Shown: positions 49,442 to 63,047, numbered from the whole stretch's first letter. The stretch is DNA of 63,234 bases, filler included, from Sphacelaria rigidula (GCA_964200075.2; 9 parts of 9 records of this genome joined end to end with filler, not necessarily neighbours in it); one strand, 5' to 3'. Notes: generated by a model from the letters alone, not told the origin. Translations and numbers: made by a program.

Positions 49442-50139
49442 CTGCGTCGTTATCAACAGTCAACAGTCACAAGCCATGTGTCACAAGGCTGACTCAAATA
49501 CAGAGAGCCCGTCTCAAGGTGATCACCCTTCTCCGCTCACACTTGGTTGGTTATTGTCTGATCAAATATTTCTCGCACATGAGAGCCATGCGGCACAAAC
49601 ACAGCTGTGGTGGGAAAAAAAAAAGAAGGGAAAAACGTAGTCGAGGTGACAACATGAACAACGGATGCTCGAGCAAAGGGAGGGAAATAGCCGTGCCTTC
49701 TGTGCTGTGACCACTCTCTCATGTCCACGGTCGAGGGAAGCGAGCGCACCTCGGCCACCTTGATGAACCTTGATGATCCTTCATGCACCATTCTGTTCTC
49801 GTGTGCTGGAATATTCGTACGTGCACGTCTGCCTGTAAAGCTGGTGCGGTTATCTCTATGCTCCTGGTCAATGGTAGCTTACTATCTATGCATAATCATG
49901 ACACACAACATACCCGCGGCAACGACTTTTTTTATGGAGGCGTTATCCCACAACAAAAACAACTATTCCGGAACAAGACCCCCACCCTCCATCAAAAACA
50001 GTCAAGTCGTGACCACACTGACGAGCGGGGTGTTGAAAAGGCTAACCGGGTGGTCGAGCGGATGAAACACAAATGAGTCGGGCGCTCTCGCTCTGGATAA
50101 ATACTTGCCACGACTTGAAAAGAAAAAAAAAACATCCAC

Positions 50140-50236
50140 CTTGTCGAAGAAGGAGAGTGTCTCGAGGCATGGTGATCCTACCGAAGAGAAGGCCTTCATA
50201 CCCGGATCGTTTGGGAACATGGAACTGACGTCACCC
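50140..50236 (-). CDS. F-box/LRR protein exon 7
   Basis: cag|(R)GDVSSMFPNDPGMKAFSSVGSPCLETLSFFDK|gtg, phase 2/0. Confidence 0.8.
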
Positions 50237-50703
50237 CTGCGGTTGCGCCTGCGCAACGACATTATGAAAAAAGGAGTGTAAGTGAAAACGAAAATGAAAG
50301 ACAAACGAAATCGGAACAACGCGATACTTGCTTGGCGCAGTCTCCCCTTCGACTAGCGATACTTCACTCCTCCACGGTGTTTTTTTCATCCGACAGACAC
50401 ATTTGCGCTCTGCTAGTTTGAAACAGACTGTACGAGATAAACACGGAAATATGATCAATGCAGTAACCGAGTCAGAATAAAATACTAAATAGAGACAATG
50501 AAAGACACATCAATCGAAGCACAAGACGTGAAAGGAAAATGCCGTCGTGTTATTGGACACAGAACTCGACTGATGCACGAATTGCATGGCATAGTGGTTT
50601 ACTATTGATTGTTTGCTTCACGTTCATTTTCTTGGTTTTTTTCAGGAGAGGGCAAGAGAGAGGCAAAGCCAAACACTCGAGAGATTCAGTGTGCCGCATT
50701 CAC

Positions 50704-50803
50704 CTGCTTCCAATGTGCAGACTCTTGAGCTGCCTGCACCCCTCCAACAGTAGCTTGAGTCCCTTGTTGGAGTCGCTTATGGCAATCGCCAAGTGCTGTA
50801 CAG
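50704..50803 (-). CDS. F-box/LRR protein exon 6
   Basis: cag|(A)VQHLAIAISDSNKGLKLLLEGCRQLKSLHIGS(R)|gtga, phase 1/2. Confidence 0.85.
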
Positions 50804-51925
50804 CTGGGGGAGAAACAAATGCGCAACATGCATCGTGAAAAGGGAAGACACAAGCACATTGTTCGTCATGCGTTTGTTTTGCTTTAGTCCTTTCAACGAT
50901 TCATGAAAATAAAAAAGGAATATGCCTTATTTGTTTCTGCTCCTTTTGTTCTCATCGGTGCGATTCTTTCCTCTTCTCGAATAACTTTTGGCTTCACGTG
51001 ACGCTATTATAGTCTTCTTCACTTCTCTCCTCTCCTGACTCAACTTAACTTGAAGATTTCCTTGCAAAAAATCGTAGTGGTCGGCGTAGGTGCATCTTCC
51101 TCTTGTACATATATATACATATATATATCCTGTTCCTTTTTTTTTTTCCTCGGAGCGTGTTTGAATTCTGTTTTTGTTGGGTACGTACGTCTATCATGAG
51201 ACCACGGCTGGACCCCTGGGGGGTCAGTTGAAATGCGACAATCAATCAATAAATCAACATATTCCATCGATACATGACTTGATATATTCCTCGTCGGACA
51301 TTAATTGAACCTCTCACAAACCCAACTGCGGTCACCACAGATGTTTATCCACCTCAACTGCACCAAATCCCATCACTCATTTACAGGTGAGTACATGAAT
51401 CGCCTATTAATAGTGTGCGACAGGATAGAAAGACGGACAATGCCAGAGAGACCGCGCAGACACAGAGAAGATGATGGCGCGCAGTTTTCTGATTGCCAGA
51501 AAAAACTCAGGAAATATGATCGGTCGATTTTCCATAGTCAGCAGCTGATATATCCCACGGTCCTCCGAAAGGGGGACTACTGGGCATGGATGACGCCACG
51601 CTGTGGACGTTTTGCTACTGTGGTGAGACTTCTTTGTGGATCCTTTCGTAAATTAAGAGGCCTAAGCCGAAGCGTACGTCATCGAACGAAGTGCCACACA
51701 GTTTTCGGATTGGCAAAAAGAAAATGTCAACAAATTCGGGTCAGGCGGGAAAATTGTCCACACGTGGGTCTCTTCTGGCAAGCAGAGCGTCAGAGGTTTT
51801 CCTTTTCCTGGTCGAAAGGGAAGCGATGTGAACATCTGTGCCATACTCTGACGGTAAAGTGTAAAGTGAAGGGTAAAGCATAGTGTGAATCAAAGTGTGA
51901 AGTCAAGTGTCAGGTATGCATATAC

Positions 51926-51986
51926 CTGGGAGCTTCTTGGCGATGACCTCTTCGACAGCAGTGTCCGGCTGAGGCATTCCCTCTTG
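51926..51986 (-). CDS. F-box/LRR protein exon 5
   Basis: cag|QEGMPQPDTAVEEVIAKKLP|gtat, phase 0/1, consistent with both neighbours. Confidence 0.75.
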
Positions 51987-52819
51987 CTGTGTTGGAAACA
52001 ACAACGAAGGAAGCAGTGGCAGCAACAACTGGATCATGACACTTAAGCTAACTGACATTAACAGCACTAGCTGAAGCAGCAAAAATGAACGCCTGTAAGA
52101 ATATGGAATGTACGTACCCTTCCGGAAAAGTGAGTCAAGACATCGAATACTGTACAGCAACAGAAGCAGAAGAGAGCGTATCAACGACGAAACTCCCCAG
52201 TACACACGTTGGCGCTCCAGCGTTTGAGGGGTAAGTGGGCCCCTCGAATGCAGCTCTTTACTCCCGATACTGCACTGTACACAGTAGTACGGGATGACTG
52301 CTGCCGTGTACGGTGCATGCTCGTTGACTGTATTGTCATGACTGTACTGTGCAGAAAAAACCATAACAAAGTACCGCCTGCGACTCTTCGGTAGTTTTCC
52401 GTGAAGCGCCATCTATTGAGTATCATTCTTCAGAACGGTCTTTGAAATATTTTGCCGTTATTTCCACTGTTTTTTACCGTGTTGCTGTCGTGCGTTTTTC
52501 CAACTGTCTGTTCTGAAGTATAGTGTTTCCTATTTTTCGGTACTTTCTTCCTTTAACGATGAACTCTTGTGCGCTCCTGTCGCTGGCCCACAACCGAGGC
52601 TATTCTTGGGTAAAAATTTACGACGACTTTTGCGGTTTATCGCACTGCGCGAGTATAGAGTAAGTGATTGCTCTCGACAGCACAACACAAGACAGGCGAG
52701 TTGCCAAAACAACAGGTCGAGGTGAAAGTGCAGTACATGCAGCACCAGTGAAGGTTTGGTGGAGGAACCACTTGACCATCACTACTTTATTTTCGTATCT
52801 TGTTAAAAAAAGCGCACAC

Positions 52820-52960
52820 CTCTAGAAATGTACCCAACAAGTTGAGGGTGGTGACGTGTGGGCAGTTCTCCACGAGCTTCACGAGTACTTCCGGTGGCGA
52901 CCCCATCGCGCCGATGTTAATCCGTCGCAAGTCGACGGTGATCACTTGAGAGAACCGAGG
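52820..52960 (-). CDS. F-box/LRR protein exon 4
   Basis: tag|PRFSQVITVDLRRINIGAMGSPPEVLVKLVENCPHVTTLNLLGTFLE|gtg, 141 nt. Confidence 0.82.
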
Positions 52961-53508
52961 CTACCGCGGAGGTTTCCCGACACCACGATTCGACAGAATT
53001 GGCAGGGAACACAAAGCAACGACGCACACGAACAACAGAGCAGATGGTCTGTACAAGCACAACCCTTTCGCGGGGTAAGTCTTGGGTCAGGTTTCCTCCT
53101 GCTCCAAGAAAATGAAAAAATACACACACGTACCGAATGTACTGGTTCTTAAGTTGTGTGTGCAGGGGAATAACGCTGTTCAGGTTTACATCAAACGTAG
53201 TTGCTTTTTGGTGTGCAAATGGAATCCTCTGCCCACATGTACATACTGTAAATCAAGATACGCTGGTTAAAGCATGCACTGAACAAAATATTCTGCTGGC
53301 CAGTGCAGATCGAGTACATGCTGCTGATCTAGTGTGCAGCATTCAACAAGTCAGACGCTGATTCTGAATCAATTTGTGCTACAGAAAAAGCAACGGCGAT
53401 CACCATCTCGCGAATTTACAAGATCGTGAGCACTAACAAAAGCAAAATGTATCAATACTATTATAAAAAAAAAAGAAGCAGAGACACACAAACTAATGTA
53501 CTGTTTAC

Positions 53509-53707
53509 CTGGGCGACGACGCTGCGAGCCATGAAGAACAAGGCGTCATTGCTTAGATGAGACTGCCGGCCAGACGTCATAGTGCGCGTTCCTATTATTT
53601 CGCGTCTCAAGTCTAGTGCCTCCCATGCCTCGGGCTTATCCAACACTTGCCGCATATGTCGGCATGTCCGTTGCAGAGCACACTTCGACTGAGCGCTGAG
53701 AAACGGT
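53509..53707 (-). CDS. F-box/LRR protein exon 3 (second half of the F-box)
   Basis: cag|(R)PFLSAQSKCALQRTCRHMRQVLDKPEAWEALDL...RSVVAQ|gtaa, phase 2/0. Confidence 0.85.
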
Positions 53708-54169
53708 CTGACGGAAACGAGCAAAAAGCAGCAACCACGTGAAACAGAGTAAGCAAACAACTCGACTACTAACAGTATATGGAGGAAATAACATGACGCA
53801 AGGGCGAATCAGCCAGTCAACCTAAAATTTCGCGTCGAGACGAAATCGAAAACTATTTTGAATCATACATGACGAACATGGAAATAAAAAAAGGACAAAG
53901 GAACAACCAGCAAGACATCGAACAGAACGCGTGGGGAACGTTTACCACGACCCTTCGCCAAAGGCCATGGTTGGTACATACTTTGTCTCGGAAAAGTTTC
54001 GGGAAAGTTGAACGCAAAGCGTTACCCTAACCCGAGGCGGAGACGCGTGCGACTGTCAGCCCAGCCCCCGAGCGATCCGAATGTGATGGTCCACACCGAT
54101 CTCAAGTTTCCCCAACCATTGAAATCTGGCGACGGGCTGAAGTGAAATCTACTGGTACGCGCCGTTCAC

Positions 54170-54332
54170 CTGATGACACTGTGGAGCATGACCTCGAGAG
54201 ACAGCCTCCCTGCCAGGAAGTCCGGTCCAGTGGCAACTGACGGGGAATCAGCACCAACACTCCTCGTCTTCCGCTTCCCCTTGTCTGCTATATTATTTGG
54301 GGCACGTCTCGGCCTGTTGCTGTCACTCTCTC
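54170..54332 (-). CDS. F-box/LRR protein exon 2 (start of the F-box)
   Basis: ...KGKRKTRSVG...DFLAGRLSLEVMLHSVI(R)|gtga. Acceptor (AAG after a pyrimidine tract) is tentative. Confidence 0.72.
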
Positions 54333-55496
54333 CTTGTGGTTCGGAGGGATGTGATTGGAGAAGGGGAAGGAGGAAGGAGACGGTTGTCGAATGTATCAAT
54401 TGACGACCTTCTCGCACCGTCTCTACTTCGACGTCACGAATCCCCTCCCCAACGCAACCGTCGTTCGGATCATCACCCTGCTTCGCTTCACCCCTCTATT
54501 ATCTCCCTTTATATTTGAATATATATATATATATATATACCATATCCGTTATCTCGTACTGGGACGTTTTCGCTGGTGAAGTAGCCTTGTTCTTATTCCT
54601 CCGTGTGCTTACGTTCGTAGTGCTGCGTGCCAACAATATTGAGCAGAAATAAGTGTTTCACGCTAGTTTTGAAACTTTCGACAACGAAAAGGATGCCCGT
54701 ATGAACCATGACCTTATTCTTCATAGCAAACAACACAAGCGCTATGCTACAGTATGAATTCATCGACCAGTCCTCGACTACGAGACAGACAGTGACTGGG
54801 ATCATGGCCCCGCTTCTCGTCACCCCTCTCGTCTCTCGAACGGAAGAGATGCACGCATGGATCGTGGTCGTGGAAACTCACGGGCGCGCCAGTGTAGCTT
54901 GTTGGGATGCGCTTTTCCAAGCTGAGCTACACGCGGTGTTCAGGTACTTTTTTGCGTGTGAGCACCACACTGTACAGGGCTGTATAGCTACAGGAGGGGA
55001 AGGGGTAACGAAAATACTGTAGGTACTCCGTATCGTCCAACACGTCCTCCGACACAACTTGCAGACAGACTATGGTTAAGGCGTACCCCAAAGACGAGGG
55101 ATATTCACCACCAGCTAGGAGAAGAACACTAACTCTGTTGACGCCCTTGCTTGCTCTACCGATAAGTTAGGGTATGATCGTGGATGCCTGGATGACCTCA
55201 TCACAACAAGAATTTACTCGAAACGAAAGTTACGTGGTGTAGGGGGAGCCGTGCAGGAGGAGCCATCGTAGTGGTGGTAACCTTTCAACGTCACCGACAG
55301 TGAAAAAAACAATACTTTCAAACTACACACGTGCTTGCCCATACTCGAATTTTGTACAAAATAAAATACATCACCTCCTCAACAACAATGACAAAACAAC
55401 ACATGCTGCTACGTGTGTACCACAGCATGGGACACAGGATAATCAATAAACTCAGGAGGGATTCCACCAACCACAAGAGAGCAATCTACAAAATAC

Positions 55497-55860
55497 CTTC
55501 GGATGACGAAGGGGGCGCGTACGTGTCGTCGTCAGAATCATCGTAGACGCAGTTACCCACGTCCCAGCCACGAATCGGGATGCCCAGGATCCCGAGCACC
55601 TCACCCTGTCGCCCTTTCTTTTTCGCCTTGCCTTTACCCTTAGCTGTGGCACTCTGCCTGCTACTCTTCCCCCTTTTTTGTTTTTTTTGCACCACCACTG
55701 CCGGTTTATTTGCACCCGCTTTCTTTTTGCTAGGCCCGGCGGCGGCCGCGGCCCTAGCTGCCTTGGTCTTGCTGGTAGCGCCGAGGCTTTGACGTGACAG
55801 TCTTGTCCTTCTCGCGGCTCCTATAGCACGGTTTTCTGCGGTTCGGAAGGTAACACGCAT
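55497..55860 (-). CDS. F-box/LRR protein probable exon 1 (Lys/Arg-rich N-terminus)
   Basis: ATG at 55860, MRVTFRTAENR...KKKAGANKP...KGKGKAKKKGR...DDSDDD. A phase-1 donor at 55496 (alternative 55556) fits exon 2. Confidence 0.65.
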
Positions 55861-56197
55861 ACGAAGATGGAGGAAGTGTCTTTAGGTAGGGTACCTAACG
55901 ATCATGGAAGGGCGGGGGTTCAATAGATAGCTCTTCGCGTCCCGAGCACGAAAAGGGGATTCGGTAGAATATGCGAGTCAAACCCCCCTCGAGGTGATTT
56001 GGATCCTTATTTGATTTCTAGTCGCATTGTTTTCCTCTGGGATAGGACAAGCAGGCGTGAACACCGAGCACGGCGGTGGGGGGAACGGCGGACGGGGATT
56101 GGCGGGGGGGGGGGGGGGGGGTTTCCCCTCTTTGGGCGGCAGGGGGGTTGTCCTTTCCCGGGGTGTTGGCAGGGGGGGGGGGTGCACCCTGTGGGAA

Positions 56198-56297
56198 NNN
56201 NNNNNNNNNNNNNNNNNNNNNNNNNNNNNNNNNNNNNNNNNTTAATTAATTAANNNNNNNNNNNNNNNNNNNNNNNNNNNNNNNNNNNNNNNNNNNN
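56198..56297. other. Artificial contig spacer
   Basis: N44-TTAATTAATTAA-N44. Confidence 0.98.
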
Positions 56298-56769
56298 CAT
56301 TCCACGTGTCTGGGCTGCGTGTCCCTGGGTTGCAACGCTAAAAACAAAGCCTGGGGATTGATTCGTACGAGTCGAATCAATTATACTAAAACCACGTACT
56401 TTCCAGACGAATCATTATTTGTCCGACCCTTGAATCCTTCCCCTTCCTCGGGATGAATCCGTGGTCTCAAGAGATCTGCCCATCTGTCCACGGTACGCGC
56501 CTTGCATGTTGGTTCCGCGGATTGGATCATGACCAGTATTCCCGGACCGCGTCAACCCTCGTCAAACATACTCGGCCAAACGGACTCTTTTTGCCTACTC
56601 ATGCCCTCACGCTACAAGATCAACGGCAGGAATCAGATGCGTCCAAGAAAAATCCCAAATGTGTCTGGCGAGAATGAAACCCCTGCTCTCTGCACCCTCA
56701 TGGCGTCAGTTGGGGCATTACACATGTCGGACGGATCAGCTCCTTGTACCTCGAGCTAGCTCTTTTTTA

Positions 56770-57478
56770 TCGTAGCTCCCTATGAGCTATGAGAGTTACA
56801 TAAGCTACACATGATTTTCCTGGGTGAGCTATGGGAGCTATATGGGCTACGCATGTTTGCCCTAGGCGAGCTACAAACCCGTAGCTCATCAGCTCATATT
56901 CGCCCTGGGTGAGCTATGAGAGCTGTACTAGCTACGTGTGTTTACCATAGGTGAGCTACAGACCCGTAGCGCACCAGCTCATATTCGCCCTGGGTGAGCT
57001 ATGAAAGCCGCATCAGCTACGCATGTTTGCCCCGGGTGAGCTATTAACGCGTAGCTCATCAGCTCACATTCGCCCTGGGTGAGCTATGAGAGTTACATGA
57101 GCTACGCACGTTTGTCCTAGGTGAGCCGTAGCTCATCAGCTCATATATGCCCTGGGTGTGCTATTGAAGCCGCATCAGCTACGCATGTTTATTCTGGGTG
57201 AGCTGCCAAGCCGTAGCTCATCAGCTCATATTCGCCGTGGGTAAGCTATGAGAGCTGCATGAGCTACACACGTTTGTCCTGGATGAGCTATGAGAGCTGC
57301 ATGAGCTACGCATGTTTACCCTCTATGAGTTATGAGAGCTAGGCGAACTACGCATAATTGCCCTGGGTGAGCTACCGGACGTAGCGCACCCGCGCATGTT
57401 TGCCCTGGGTAAGCTGTAAGAGCTACATCAGCTACGCATGTTTGCCCTGGTTGAGCCGAATAGCCACGGGAGCTACGC
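56770..57478 (+). repeat. GGGTGAGCTA minisatellite array 1
   Basis: Degenerate ~43-bp subunits arranged in ~86-bp dimers. Confidence 0.92.
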
Positions 57479-57790
57479 TGATTTTGGAGGAGTTTCTGTT
57501 CCGATGCCCAAGCACGCTGATACGTGAAAACGGTTACATGTGTACACACCTGTGTTCCGTTTTGTGCAGTGATGAATTGGCTATTTGTAAACATCAACAT
57601 GACCGCATCAGAAGCCATCCCCACCGTAGCCACCACCCGCACACACAACCCGCCCTACACGGCGAACGCTGGGGGCAGCAGCCCTAGCGGCGCTTCAGTC
57701 GGAAATGATGCCGTGGATCTGGATCCTCCGCAACAGGCGATCGATGCGGAGGAAGAAGTAAACACACATGAAATGTTTGATTGCTCAACT

Positions 57791-58000
57791 CTTTGATCAC
57801 GAGGGTAGGCGATCTGTTGAATCGGCATCATTCACACCTACAAAATATTAATTATACTGATTTCACAGATCGCCTACCCTCGCGGTCAAAGGGTGAACCC
57901 TTTCGATGGCGAACATAGGTCATCTGTTGAATCGGCTCCAATTTCACTCGAAAAAGTATGCATGACCAGATGAACTCGTACCCTCGCGGCCGAGCGGTCA
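57791..58000. mobile_element. Two adjacent ~100-bp hairpin MITEs
   Basis: CGAGGGTAGGCGATCTG...CAGATCGCCTACCCTCG (57800-57882); a related unit follows, and another lies at about 42355-42455. Confidence 0.65.
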
Positions 58001-58234
58001 AAACCAGTAGCTTGGTCGATTATCAAAGACACCGAATCTTAATCATGTTTTGAACCATTCGACCATGCGAACGAGGATTCGTGTTGAGCTCTTTTCTTCC
58101 CACCGCAAAGAGCGAGGCAGAAAACAACAACCTCATGATATGTTGCGCCATCCATTCAAACAAGGATGTAACATCATGAGCGATACCAGGTTTGCCAGCG
58201 GCGAGCTAGGCACATGACGCGAGTGACCCATGAG

Positions 58235-59050
58235 CATGTGTTCCCGGGGTGAGCTACCGGGTGTAGCTCATCCACTCATATTTTCCCTGGGTGAGCTATG
58301 TCAGAGCTGTGTGAGCTACACATGTTTCCCCTGGGTGAGCTATCGAGTGTAGCTCATCCGTATATTTTTTCCCTGGGTGAGCTACGGGAGCTGCGTGAGC
58401 TACGGATGCTTGCCCTAGGTGAGCGACCAACCCGTAGCTCACGCAGCTCATACTTGCCCTGGGTGAGCTATGAGAGCTGCATCAGCTACGCATGTTTGGC
58501 CTAGGTGAGCTACCAACCCGTAGCTCACGCAGCTCATACTTGCACTGGGTGAGCTGTGAGAGCTGCATCAGCTACGCACGTTTGTCCTGGGTGAGCTACC
58601 AGCCCGTAGCTCACGCAGCTCATATTCGCCGTGGGTGAGCTGTGAGAGCTGCATGAGCTACGCACGTTTGTCCTGGGTGAGCTACCAGCCCGTAGCTCAC
58701 GCAGCTCATATTCGCCGTGGGTGAGCTGTGAGAACTGCATGAGCTACGCATGTTTGTCCTGGGTGAGCTACCAGCCAGTAGCTCATCAGCTCATATTCGC
58801 CGTGGGTGAGCTGTGAGAGCTACATGAGCTACGCACGTGTGTCCTGGGTGAGCTACCAGCCCGTAGCTCATCGGCTCATATTCGCTGTGGGTAAGCTATG
58901 AGAGCTAAATGAGCTTCGCATATGTATTCTGGGTGAGCTACTAACCCGCAGCTTATTAGCGCACGTTTACCTTGGGTGAGCTATCGGAGGTAACTCGCAT
59001 GTACATTTTTGACTACAAGTGAGCTACAGCACGCAGATGAGCTAGCTCAT
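58235..59050 (+). repeat. GGGTGAGCTA minisatellite array 2
   Basis: Period about 86 bp (e.g. 58418, 58504, 58590, 58676); internal TGAGCTAC...GTAGCTCA hairpin. Confidence 0.92.
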
Positions 59051-61129
59051 GACCTGTCCGGGGATTACCGACAACTTGTGCACCACTACTGAAATGGAAA
59101 GGCCGGACAAAATGTGTTACATACATGAACAGCGTAGGTTCGCGACGCGAAAGCCCCTGTCTAAGCGCCCGATGTAGGTTGTAGTATGCGTCGAAAGGCA
59201 ACAAATACGAAAACCATTGTCGTGAAAATATTCCTTACGCTTGACCCTACTCTTGATCCGAGTCGGGGGGGAGGGGGAAGGGCAGTTCTACGGCATGCTC
59301 AGGCGTCGAAGAATCATCGATTCCTCGTTGACAGACATTATCAAACGAACAGACGTTGCTTTTCAAACAGAGGGAGGGACTATTCAAAAAAAGGTTTTAC
59401 GTAGGATATATAATATAGATGGGGATCCGCCGTCTCTGCATCCGAGTGATGAATGAGACCGCCTATGACGCCCCGAAAAAAGATCTGTCAGAAGAGAGCC
59501 TCTTTTTATCCTTTTTCCCCGACAAACGGGCTAGGCGAATTCTTCTTCCACCTCCGAATGATTTCAAACGTCGGACAGATCATGATCTGCCTGAAACAAC
59601 GAATCAAAGAAGACTCTCGAATCCGTTGGTCCAAAAGCACAAAAAAGGTAACCGCGGAGTCAGAAAAGCCGAAGAACGACCTTTGCGGTACTCGCCGTCC
59701 GGCGCTGTACGAGCAAACATGGAAAAGGGTGGCCAAATGATCCGGATCATGATCCAGATCAGTATGCTCAGAAGAAGTCATTTTCAGACGAATCATTATC
59801 TGTACGACGCGTGGATGATTTGGTCTACTATCCGGGGAAGTCCGGCATGCGTGGGGTTTTTCGGTGCGCAAAATTTGACCTTGGAGCAGGCTGGGGATTT
59901 TCTGCGCTGATTCCAACAAGAAATACCCATTGCGCGAAAACGTATCAGGAAAATCGTAGATTTTCTGAATTTCGATCGTTTGTTCAAGAAATTGCAAGTT
60001 TGGCCAAAGGACTTTGCCGCGGCCACTGGAAGGTGCAAAGATTCCCAGGGACGGTCTGAACGAACATAGCAAGTCAATCCAACGTGTCAAAATCTGCCTA
60101 GTGCTCTCTTCGGACGTACAACGAAGAAGGACCAGACAAGGATTTTCCCAGGAGAGGGGAAAAAAAAAGGAACACAAGAAGCGACCTGACTGAGAAGGGA
60201 GCGGAGAGGTCACCTTGAACATGACCCGCGACAACCATCACCCGCCCCGACCATTGCAGAGTATAAGGTTAAGTCACGCCTTCAAGGGCCGATAAACCCA
60301 CCGGGGGAAACACCAGTAGTACGGGGAGTGCACACTTGAAGCGCTTGGTGAGACATACGGAAGTCCTCTACCAGTGCAGACACAGAGGCGTCGAACAAGA
60401 AACTTCCAGTCAAAAGTGAGTTTGATGTGCGAAGTTTCGAGTTACACGCGGGAGTCTGAACGTTTTCCATCAACTTTTTTTTCATAGTTTAGGATACTTG
60501 AAGAAATATACCTACTCGGAAATCGTCGAGCGGCGTTCGACATAAATTCCCACTAAGCAACGGCAGGCAGTGATGGAGTACGGGGGCACGCCGATGCATT
60601 CCCGACGTCTATGGTTAGCGGATAAGAAAATCCTTCTCCGGTTTGAATATCAGATGACTGAATAAAGGTCCAAAATGGACCGAGGTTAACAGGGGGGTAG
60701 CATTCAATGCCTTGTATTGGTATAGAGACTATTTTTGTAGTAAAGTACTATCTGGAGCCCGAACAGCACACGGATGTGTACATAGGTATAAAGCTTACAA
60801 AAACATATATTTGGATCAAGACAAGTGGCATCGAGTAACAGACAGAGTGCGAGAAAAATTTGTTTCGAGGCTTGATTACGAGCAGCTTATAGCTGTACAC
60901 GTTCGTTTCTCGTACAAACTCTGCCATGACTTTATCGAACCCTTCTCTCACGAGACTGCGATTTGGATCATGACCTTGGTTTGTGTCCCTGTTCTTGTAC
61001 CTACGATCTCTTATTCTGTGGAGGCGGATCAGGCGTGGCCATTTTGCCGCAACTTGCTTCCGGCGGTGATACAAGAAAACGTGGAATTATTAGCAAAGTA
61101 TCTGTTATTATTTGGATCGCATTTTCCCT

Positions 61130-61191
61130 CGGTTCTGTACGTACTCGCTCTATATTGCAACGGTTCTGTACGTACTCGCTCTATATTGCAA
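61130..61191 (+). repeat. Perfect 31-bp tandem duplication
   Basis: CGGTTCTGTACGTACTCGCTCTATATTGCAA occurs twice. Confidence 0.9.
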
Positions 61192-61723
61192 CAGCAAGGC
61201 ATCTTTCCTTTTACATCCAGCAAATATAATAGTAGTGATAAGAGAACAAGAAAAACATGTGTCCATTGCAGTTTCGCACGACTCGTTTCTTAGCGCGTTA
61301 ACGTGTCCTAGCAGTCATTCTGAGTCCGCATTGTACCACCAATGACAAATGATGTAGTGACTTGACTATTTTATTCTAATACGCCAATGCCCGACAATGA
61401 AATATTCCGGGATCATATTCGTACTTGAAGGGTCAATCGACAAGTACTGATTGTCGTACATTAACTGATTTCCGAGAGATTCAACGGCAGTGCAACGATA
61501 GACGTAGACGTAGACCAGAAAAACATCACGGAAACATTCGCTTCAGGAAACTTGACCAAGGGAGAAAAAGGAGAAAGAAAAAAAGATGAAGAGAGAAATA
61601 GATAAAACAAACGGCGTGAGCTGAGCAAAAACAAGAGGAATACATAGCGGAAGGAAAAAGGGAGACGAAATAGTAACAACAACAACAACAACAACAACAA
61701 CGACCACCACCACCACCACCCAC

Positions 61724-61818
61724 CTGTCCAGCCGCATGCCTGCCGTGATGAGCAGCGTTTCCCGTACGGTCAAAAATGGATAAAAATCTTGTTGTTGACG
61801 TACGTAGGCCATGTACCT
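61724..61818 (-). CDS. ABC transporter G-family (White-like), Q-loop exon
   Basis: cag|RYMAYVRQQQDFYPFLTVRETLLITAGMRLD(R)|gtggg. Matches the ABCG pattern AYVxQ-D-xxPxLTVRETL...AxxRL. Other exons not located. Confidence 0.85.
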
Positions 61819-63047
61819 CTGGTACGAGCAGCGGCATTGCGCACGGTGAGAAGAGGTGGCAATTGGGAGAGCGTTGAAGGTAGGAGGGGCACCCTTTTGG
61901 GGGGGGTTTTCAGGACCACATTAATCGATATTCAAATATTGAACGCATCCCGTCCCGACTAGTAGGCAGACCACAGCTACGCCGCAATCCATCACAATCG
62001 ACCGCGAACCCTCTAGACGGAAAGTAGTGCTGTACCGGGCACTTTTGGCGTACTCGACAGGATGGTACATGCATCGCAGCTTTTCAAAGGAGCAAGTGAA
62101 GAGGTGGCCTACACGTAAACATTCAAGTATGTGAAGGAATAGATCGTCGTTGGATTGCTTGGGGATCACACAATTCTTCATTTTTCTCAGCAGTAAAATC
62201 AATTATCAAAAAGAGCTACTCGTACGAGCACTGTCGGAACGGGATAGCGCGGGTGGACCTTTACAAGGTATGACGATGCCTAGCCTGAAGGCATGATCTA
62301 TGCGGGTCACAATAAGGTATCCAGGTAGTGTCGCTACTCTGAAGCCGAACTATCGGAACACCGGAGCGCCCGGAAGAATCATACCGTGTATATGCCCCGT
62401 ACTTCAAATACACATACATATATATATATATATATATGTAGGCATGCATACTTTCTGTAGGTTCACCTACCGCACTGGGCCCATATGCTTTGCAAACCTT
62501 AACTTTCAGAGCATCAAACGCATCATCGCAGGACGAGGGTGGTGGGTCGACATCAAACTGTGCTTATTTAGGCAAAGCGAAATGGTGACCGTTAAACGGC
62601 GGCCTGCAGCGCTATGGTAAGATATGGTGTGTAAAGTCCCCGGGCGACTTTTGGACCCGAAAACTGATAAACCAGAGGTGATCTTTAGGGGGAAAATGGG
62701 GGGTGATAAACTACGTACCCCGGTATAGTGTTACAGGCACTGGTGTGAAGTCAAATATAGCCGAAACTTGTCACCCAGGGGTGTTACGCAAGAGAGGTGG
62801 TACCTACGTAGAGATGGCATACGCCGTATTTCACTGTGTATCACTCCATCCTTCGATGGCGAAGTATCGTCGTCATTTTGAGTTTCCATGTCGGCCAATA
62901 ATGTGGATCTCTAACGACTTGATTTGTCGCGTGCGAATGCTTCAGCGGCAGCAGTGGAGATCGAAAAAAAACGCAGCCAAGCAAACACTTTTGAACTTGT
63001 CGCGTCTCTTCGTCTGTTCTTCTTCGCCTTCATTAACCGTGTTTCGG

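Noticed and set aside
56770..59050. CRISPR-like regularly spaced palindromic repeats
   Set aside because: The intervening sequences are themselves repeated, so there are no unique spacers. No cas genes; eukaryotic context.
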